The notes under the pieces: model-generated | Told to the model about the DNA's origin: nothing | What the model saw: the letters and a program-made list of their open reading frames with translations, nothing else | Databases searched by the model: none | Shown: positions 58,084 to 64,000 of the stretch, piece by piece | How positions within the stretch are numbered: position 1 is the first letter of the stretch | How the letters are laid out: each line of letters begins with the position of its first letter | Assembly (NCBI GenBank): GCA_963790025.1 | Contig: CAWBMP010000004.1 | Coordinates: 1,408,001-1,472,000, forward strand | Length of the DNA stretch: 64,000 bases | DNA from: Nitrospirota bacterium | GTDB taxonomy: Bacteria > Nitrospirota > Thermodesulfovibrionia > Thermodesulfovibrionales > Dissulfurispiraceae | Direction: 5' to 3' | Position numbers and translations under genes: made by a program

Positions 58084-58440
58084 CTATGAAGTCGTTTTTT
58101 TCATTAATTGCTTTATGGTGGCCTTCAGATTGGTCAAGTCCGATGATTTTACTACATAGGCATCGGAGACCCAGACCGAAAAATCGTCCCTGTAATCATA
58201 GGCAGTCAGCATGATGATAGGCACGTTGGGTCTTTTCTCCTTCATCAGTCTCAATACCTGAATGCCGTCCATGTCGGGCATGAGTATATCGAGAGTGACG
58301 ATATCAGGGTTTTCCCTTTCGAACACCTCCAGTCCCTCTTTACCGGAATTAGCAGTGACTACTGTGTATCCCTCGTCCTCAAGCTCAATCTGGTAGAGTT
58401 TCAGTATGTTTTTTTCATCATCGACAACCAGTATTTTCAT
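58084..58440 (-). CDS. Single-domain response regulator
   Basis: MKILVVDDE, LDILMP, YVVKSSD. Confidence 0.92.
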   Translation of the reverse strand: MKILVVDDEKNILKLYQIELEDEGYTVVTANSGKEGLEVFERENPDIVTLDILMPDMDGIQVLRLMKEKRPNVPIIMLTAYDYRDDFSVWVSDAYVVKSSDLTNLKATIKQLMKKTTS

Positions 58441-58441
58441 A

Positions 58442-61135
58442 TCAGCCCTCCTGTAACGGCATGTAAATTTTGAATGTTGCACCCACTCCCCAGTTGCTTT
58501 CCACCTCAATTCTCCCGCCGTGCTCTTCAATGATCCTTTTAGTTATGGAAAGGCCGAGACCCGTCCCGTCCGGACGGGTTGTAAAGAATGGGTCAAAGAC
58601 ACGATTAATATCCTCCCGCCTGATACCGCATCCGTTGTCTTCGACTTCTACAACAACCTCGCTGCTTTCAGTCCTATGCCCCAGTAAATCGGGTTCGGCC
58701 CGCAAAGGTTTCAGGTAAGCCCTTATGACTATACTCCCGGTGTCCGTCGCCTGGTTGGCATTGGTCAGGAGATTAAGGAGCACCTCTTTGAACCTGTCGG
58801 AATCAGCAAATAACCTAATCGGCTGGGCCATCTCCCTGACAAGGAGATTGCCTCTTTCATTAGCCGCCGGTCCGAGAAGGTTAACAATACTGTCGATTAT
58901 TTCAACAAGGTCGATCTCCGTCTTCCTTATCGGGGTGCTTTTAACAAAGCTAAGCGTATCATTGAGGATACTTTCGAGGCGGCTTACTTCATCTACGATA
59001 ATTCTCGAGTATTCCTTCAAATCGGTGTCCAGCCTTTTTTCGAGCCTCCGGGCAAAGCCTCCTATAGACAGAAGCGGGTTTCTGATCTCATGGGCGACTT
59101 TAGCGGCCATCTCACCGAGGGCCGCCATCCTGTCGGCCGTGGCCACTTTTTCACGCAGTTTCTTAAGTTCAGATATATCTCTGACTATATGCACCGTGCC
59201 GATAAGCTCTCCGGTTTTATCGAAGATAGGAGAGCTGGAGGCCAGGAACGTGCCGCCTAGTTGCGGGTCATCAAGCTCCTCGATATATGGTTTGTTGGTG
59301 AGTATGGTTTTGTGATGCGGGCATTTTTTCCAGGGTTCCCTGGTGCCGTGAAATACTTCATAGCATTTCTTGCCAATAATCGATTCCATAGGTTTGCCGA
59401 GTCTGGTCAGGACCGCTCTATTGACCTTTCTGATCGTGTAATCATTGCTGTTGAAATAAACCAGATCGGATATCGATTCGAAAATGTTTTCCAGCTCCTG
59501 TTCCGCTTCAGCCAGATGCTCGAAAAGGCGCGCGTTTTCTATAGCGGAGGCCATATGGTCGGAGAACCCTTTGAGAAATTCCATGTCAAGGTCGTTAATG
59601 GGCCTGCTGGTGTAAATGTTATCAACCCACAAAACTCCAATGACTTTATCCCGTGATATGAGGGGGAGTACGGCGTAGGCAAGTGTGCCTAACTGCTGTA
59701 TCAGAATGGTGTCAGAAAGCGGTTCGGCATAAACATTGGTGACATTGAAAGCCCGTTTTTCTTTCAGTGCTTTAGTAAGGATTGTGTCGGTTTCCAGAGA
59801 GACCTCGACCCCGCAGCAGAGTCTGTCCATGAAAGAATCTTTTCTTAGCGGGCCCTTCTCAATGTCCTCCATAATGGAGGTAAGGTTCTTCTGTTCATTG
59901 GTAATCCGCGACCATATCTCCCAGGCCTCCTCATGGCTTGAAGGCCCTACGCCCATTGCACCTCTTAAGACGTTTTGCTGCTCGTCGAGTAAAAAGAGCA
60001 TGGCCCTGTTAAACCCCAGGCCGTCTCCCATAGTGACGGCCGTCAGGACCATCCTCAACAGTTTATCGAGTTCAAGGGTACCCCTCATCGCAGAGCTTAT
60101 GAGCAGCAGCTTTGAGAGCACCGCATTTTTGTTCACCAGCTCTTTTTCGATCCGCTTTTTCTCTGTTATGTCACGCGCTATGCCGCTTATTCCGACAATA
60201 GCGCCAGAGGAGTCTTTAATGGGTGAGAGGGTAAGATTAACGTCCAGAAGGCGCCCATCCTTGGTCCTCCTGACTGTTTCTATATCCTTGATGGTTTCTC
60301 CCTTTCCTACGCGTTCAGTATAGCCATCTTCCACTTCTCTGAGAAAATCGGGAATAAAAGGCATGTACCCCCCGATAACCTCATTTGGCCAATAGCCGTA
60401 GATCTTCTCGGCGCCGATATTCCATGAGGTGACAATACCCTTCATGTCAGTGGTCACAATAGCGTCGGCGGAATTCTGTATAAAACCCTGCAGATGATCC
60501 CAAAGTTCCTCGGCCTTATGTTTGGCTGCAAGGGCTTCCTTCTCCTGCCTCACGGCATTCTCATATAAAACGGATTTGTCTATAACGATTGCAGCAATGG
60601 AAGCAAAACCTTCCAATGTTATCTGGTCTTCCGAGGTAAACGGAACTATTGACTCCTTTTGCTCTTTATCAACCTTTTTTTTATTGTACAGCGCAAAGGT
60701 CCCTATTATGTGATCGCCTATTTTTAAAGGGGTGCATATAGCTGTTTGCATATCTACGTATTGTGAAACACGACTGAGATCTTCCGGGCTTTGCGCGAAC
60801 ATGGTTTTTCCCTCTTCTATCGCTTTCCAGGCAATGCCTTCACCCAAATGAAGTGTCAGGGCGTCCCTCATTTCAGGCGGGAAGCCATAATCAGCCTTGA
60901 CCTTAAGGGCGCCGTCTTCTCTAAGGCGCAGTATGCATCCTGTCGCATTAAAGAGTTTGGCTGTCTCCTCCGAAACCTTTTCCAATAGCTCATTGAAATC
61001 CCGGGCTGATATAATGGCCCTGGTAAGTTCAAAGATAACAGACAGCCTGTTAAGTTGTTCCTTTGCAGTTTGGAGCGCTTCTGTCCCGCAGTCCTTCAGC
61101 AGTGATTTCTCGTCCGTATGTCCGTTGTTTTCCAT
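58442..61135 (-). CDS. GAF-PAS-GAF-PAS sensor histidine kinase
   Basis: Two GAF and two PAS domains, AHEIRNPL, DPFFTT, GTGLGL. Confidence 0.93.
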   Translation of the reverse strand: MENNGHTDEKSLLKDCGTEALQTAKEQLNRLSVIFELTRAIISARDFNELLEKVSEETAKLFNATGCILRLREDGALKVKADYGFPPEMRDALTLHLGEGIAWKAIEEGKTMFAQSPEDLSRVSQYVDMQTAICTPLKIGDHIIGTFALYNKKKVDKEQKESIVPFTSEDQITLEGFASIAAIVIDKSVLYENAVRQEKEALAAKHKAEELWDHLQGFIQNSADAIVTTDMKGIVTSWNIGAEKIYGYWPNEVIGGYMPFIPDFLREVEDGYTERVGKGETIKDIETVRRTKDGRLLDVNLTLSPIKDSSGAIVGISGIARDITEKKRIEKELVNKNAVLSKLLLISSAMRGTLELDKLLRMVLTAVTMGDGLGFNRAMLFLLDEQQNVLRGAMGVGPSSHEEAWEIWSRITNEQKNLTSIMEDIEKGPLRKDSFMDRLCCGVEVSLETDTILTKALKEKRAFNVTNVYAEPLSDTILIQQLGTLAYAVLPLISRDKVIGVLWVDNIYTSRPINDLDMEFLKGFSDHMASAIENARLFEHLAEAEQELENIFESISDLVYFNSNDYTIRKVNRAVLTRLGKPMESIIGKKCYEVFHGTREPWKKCPHHKTILTNKPYIEELDDPQLGGTFLASSSPIFDKTGELIGTVHIVRDISELKKLREKVATADRMAALGEMAAKVAHEIRNPLLSIGGFARRLEKRLDTDLKEYSRIIVDEVSRLESILNDTLSFVKSTPIRKTEIDLVEIIDSIVNLLGPAANERGNLLVREMAQPIRLFADSDRFKEVLLNLLTNANQATDTGSIVIRAYLKPLRAEPDLLGHRTESSEVVVEVEDNGCGIRREDINRVFDPFFTTRPDGTGLGLSITKRIIEEHGGRIEVESNWGVGATFKIYMPLQEG

Positions 61136-61170
61136 TATGCTCTGGTCAAATTAGCTGTTTCTTCACATTT

Positions 61171-62619
61171 TTATTTTAACGTATTTTGATAAATTGCATT
61201 TTGATAAATTGCAATATATTTCTGCGCAGATTTTTTCCATGAGAAATCCTTATCCATGGCATTGCGCATCATTTCCAGCCAGGCCTTTTTATCATTAAAG
61301 GTTTTCAGTGCCCGCCTAACAGCCTGCATAAATGAGGTCAAGCTGTATTCTCCAAAAAGAAACCCGGTTTTATCGTCCTCTATCGTATCTGATATCCCCC
61401 CTGTTTTGCGCGCCACCGGGATGGTCCCGTAACGCATGGCTATCATCTGCCCGAGCCCGCATGGCTCATATCTTGAGGGCATCAAAAATATGTCAGATCC
61501 GGCATAGGCAAGACGGGCGAACGGCTCATCAAATTCTGTGTAGAAGAAAAAGCCGCCGTGTGAGCGTTTTCTTACTGAATCCAGCATTGCCTGATAGTGG
61601 TCATCACCCTGGCCGATTACCACTATATTTGCTCCTTCCTTGAGCAGGTCGGGGATAGCCTCCGCAAGCAGGTCGATCCCTTTCTGGTATGAAAGCCTTC
61701 CAATAAAGCATATAAGCGGACCTCGCGTGGCATTGTCCAACGAGGCTTTTTTTATTAACTCTTTTTTGCAGGCCTGCTTGCCGAGGAGATTGGATTTATC
61801 ATAGTTATTGACAAGAAAATCATCAGTGGAGGGGTCCCATTCTTTGTAGTCTATCCCGTTTATTATACCGACAATAGACGCGCCCCTTTTTCTGAGGACC
61901 CCGTCCAAACCGAAGCCAAATTCAGGAGTACGTATTTCCTCAGAATAGGTGTTGCTTACCGTTGTTATCAAATCCGCCCCGACAATTCCAGCTTTCAGGA
62001 AATTTACTTTGCCGTAAAATTCGATGCCTTCAGGATTGAAGACAGAGGCGCCCAATCCGGTTATCTCCAGTGTCTGGGGCGGGAAAATTCCCTGGTAGCC
62101 GAGATTGTGGATAGTAATGACAGAAGCAGCCTTTTTTAAAGAAGGCACATAACTGTATAAAGTTTTCATTAATAGTGGTATGAGTGCGGTCTGCCAGTCA
62201 TGACAGTGCATAACGTCAATCTGAAGGTCCAGCCTTTTGCAGACCTCAAGAACGCTTTTTGAGAAAAAGGCAAAACGCTGGTCATTGTCAGGGTAATCAC
62301 CGGAAGGTGTTCCGTATAGTTCATCCCTGAAAAAGAAATTTTCGTTCCCGATAAAATAGATGTTTGGGGTTGGACCGCCAATGCTGCTTGTAAGCACTTT
62401 ACAGGGTCTCGCCGTATTTCCGATCGGGATGTCCATTTCAATACCGCTGTCACGGATCTTGGCGCTGAAGCGTTCGGCTGTCGTTTTATAATATGGAATG
62501 AACAGCAGGGCATCGTGCTTCATGGAAAGGAACTTGCGGAAAAGTGTTCCCGCCACATCGGCGAGGCCCCCTGTTTTGGAAAAAGGGACCGCCTCTGAAG
62601 ACACGATGGCTATTCTCAT
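61171..62619 (-). CDS. glgA: Glycogen synthase
   Basis: KTGGLADV, HCHDWQT, TIHNLGYQG, PSRYEPCGL. Confidence 0.96.
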   Translation of the reverse strand: MRIAIVSSEAVPFSKTGGLADVAGTLFRKFLSMKHDALLFIPYYKTTAERFSAKIRDSGIEMDIPIGNTARPCKVLTSSIGGPTPNIYFIGNENFFFRDELYGTPSGDYPDNDQRFAFFSKSVLEVCKRLDLQIDVMHCHDWQTALIPLLMKTLYSYVPSLKKAASVITIHNLGYQGIFPPQTLEITGLGASVFNPEGIEFYGKVNFLKAGIVGADLITTVSNTYSEEIRTPEFGFGLDGVLRKRGASIVGIINGIDYKEWDPSTDDFLVNNYDKSNLLGKQACKKELIKKASLDNATRGPLICFIGRLSYQKGIDLLAEAIPDLLKEGANIVVIGQGDDHYQAMLDSVRKRSHGGFFFYTEFDEPFARLAYAGSDIFLMPSRYEPCGLGQMIAMRYGTIPVARKTGGISDTIEDDKTGFLFGEYSLTSFMQAVRRALKTFNDKKAWLEMMRNAMDKDFSWKKSAQKYIAIYQNAIYQNTLK

Positions 62620-63614
62620 ATTTTTGCTTCTTTCAAGTACTGGGTCGCTTCCTCAGGGGGTGTGGGGTTGATAAAAAAACCCGAGCCCCACTCAAACCCT
62701 GCTGTTTTGGTGAGCTTGGGAACAATTTCAAGATGCCAGTGGTAGTAGTCGTTGATTTCCTCTTTGAAAGGGGAGGTGTGAATAATAAAATTGTAAGGAG
62801 GAATATCAAGGACTTTGTCCAGTTGTCTCAGGGTCCGTTGAAGGATTTCCGCGAAGCTGGAAAAGCTCTTGTCCGGCGGAGAAAAATTCGACTCGTGCTT
62901 TTTAGGCAAAATCCATGTTTCAAAGGGCTCCCTGGGAGCAAAAGGCGAGATCGATACATATTTATCGTTCTCGTAAATTACCCGTTTATCAGCGCTCAAT
63001 TCCTGGTTAACGATATCGCAGAATATGCAGCGCTCCTTGTTATCATAATATTTTTTTGCTGAATCCATTTCCTCTTTGACACTCTTGGGTACTATGGGGA
63101 GGGCTATGAGCTGGCTATGCGTATGTTCCAGTGAGGAGCCCGCTATTTCGCCCTCGTTCTTGAAAATCAGGACATACTTGAGCCGGACGTCTTTATTGAG
63201 GTCTGTAAGTCTGAAGAAGTAGGCCCATAGCACATCCTCAACCGCCCTGAGCGACATTGTAGCGAGGGAAAGTTGGTGGTCAGGTGTCTCTATAATGACT
63301 TCATGAGCACCCACTCCGTTCATCATGTCAAAGACTCCCTCCCCTCTTTTGGCCAGTTCCCCCTGTATTTGCAATGCGGGAAACTTGTTGGGCACAACCC
63401 TGAGCGTCCATCCCGGTGAATTTGGAGATGTGCCTGCCGGTCTGAACGCCATGATCTCCGGAGTTGTAGTATGTTCGTTGCCGGGACAAAACGGACAGAA
63501 TCCACCGGCCCTCCTTTTTTGCGAGGGGGAGATGAAGTCTGAAGGTCTTTTCCCGCGTTCTATCGATATGATGACCCATCTGCCGGAAATGGGGTCCTTT
63601 CTTAATTCAGGCAT
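62616..63614 (-). CDS. galT: Galactose-1-phosphate uridylyltransferase
   Basis: MPELRKDP, CPFCPGNE, NKFPAL, HTHSQ, GFEWGSG. Confidence 0.94.
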   Translation of the reverse strand: MPELRKDPISGRWVIISIERGKRPSDFISPSQKRRAGGFCPFCPGNEHTTTPEIMAFRPAGTSPNSPGWTLRVVPNKFPALQIQGELAKRGEGVFDMMNGVGAHEVIIETPDHQLSLATMSLRAVEDVLWAYFFRLTDLNKDVRLKYVLIFKNEGEIAGSSLEHTHSQLIALPIVPKSVKEEMDSAKKYYDNKERCIFCDIVNQELSADKRVIYENDKYVSISPFAPREPFETWILPKKHESNFSPPDKSFSSFAEILQRTLRQLDKVLDIPPYNFIIHTSPFKEEINDYYHWHLEIVPKLTKTAGFEWGSGFFINPTPPEEATQYLKEAKI

Positions 63615-63725
63615 ATGTCCTCCTTATTGAAGTCGTTCGGTGTACTGTGTATTGCGTTAAAAAATATGGGTATACACAACGCCGTACGCTGCACGACTTC
63701 TTTTGAATGGTATAATTATAGCACT

Positions 63726-64000
63726 ATGAAACCAAGTTTTCATGCCGGTTCTGTTAATAGTCCGTTCGAAGATCCGTGTGTTTACATTAGAATAATCAGA
63801 GAGAACCGGGCAATGCTTTTCGATGCAGGCGATATCGGCAAGCTCAGTCAGGGCAGTCTCCTGAAGATCACCGATGTATTTGTCTCCCATACCCATATAG
63901 ATCATTTTATCGGTTTCGATAAGCTGTTGAGGGCCGTTCTGAGGAGGGATATCCCGCTGAAAGTATTCGGCCCCGCAAATATTATCGATTGTGTTGCAGG
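63726..64000 (+). CDS. MBL-fold hydrolase (RNase Z-like), 5' part; runs off the window
   Basis: MKPSF...NSPFEDP...LFDAG...FVSHTHIDHFIGFD. Confidence 0.85.
   Translation, partial: MKPSFHAGSVNSPFEDPCVYIRIIRENRAMLFDAGDIGKLSQGSLLKITDVFVSHTHIDHFIGFDKLLRAVLRRDIPLKVFGPANIIDCVA

Noticed and set aside
1..64000. tRNA/rRNA genes, IS transposases, retron or group II reverse transcriptases
   Set aside because: None recognised by eye; a tRNAscan/ISEScan run would be needed to exclude them formally.

Overview
Bases 1 to about 35,665 are a visibly AT-richer integrative element inserted into the host comM/yifB gene. Only the 3' half of comM remains, at 35,665-36,141. The element starts with a large serine recombinase (LSR) that runs off the left edge and is missing from the ORF track. 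Its right junction is a dyad, CCGCAGG-AATGTC-CCTGCGG, at the comM CPCG codons. The element carries phage/plasmid-type backbone genes: an orphan N6-adenine MTase, a ParB-like protein, ArdC, ERF, SRAP, two DUF5131/SPL-like radical SAM proteins and a wHTH Rep-like protein with iterons. Its central cargo is defence-like: a type I R-M system, NERD, PLD, two TIGR04255-like modules around a small resolvase, PD-(D/E)XK, HNH and NDT/TIR-like genes. No capsid, terminase, relaxase or T4SS genes were recognised. The intergenic DNA of the element is rich in repeated modules. Bases from about 35.7 kb to 64 kb are host chromosome of an anaerobe; gene content suggests Nitrospirota/Desulfobacterota (inference). 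They hold an H1-like protein, pntAB, a formate/nitrite channel fused to a PilZ domain, a small GC-rich insert, yajD, a THUMP MTase, PAP2, a DsbC-like selenoprotein (UxxC with SECIS), a DRTGG/PHP signalling cluster, a YeiH-type transporter, two-component genes, glgA, galT and an MBL-fold gene. Highlights are an XRE-HTH frame with no visible SD that stays open across the att site (a possible excision-dependent gene fusion or switch), the Sec-DsbC, the FNT-PilZ fusion, the paired TIGR04255-like modules and repeated cis-modules. All calls come from manual reading, without database searches.
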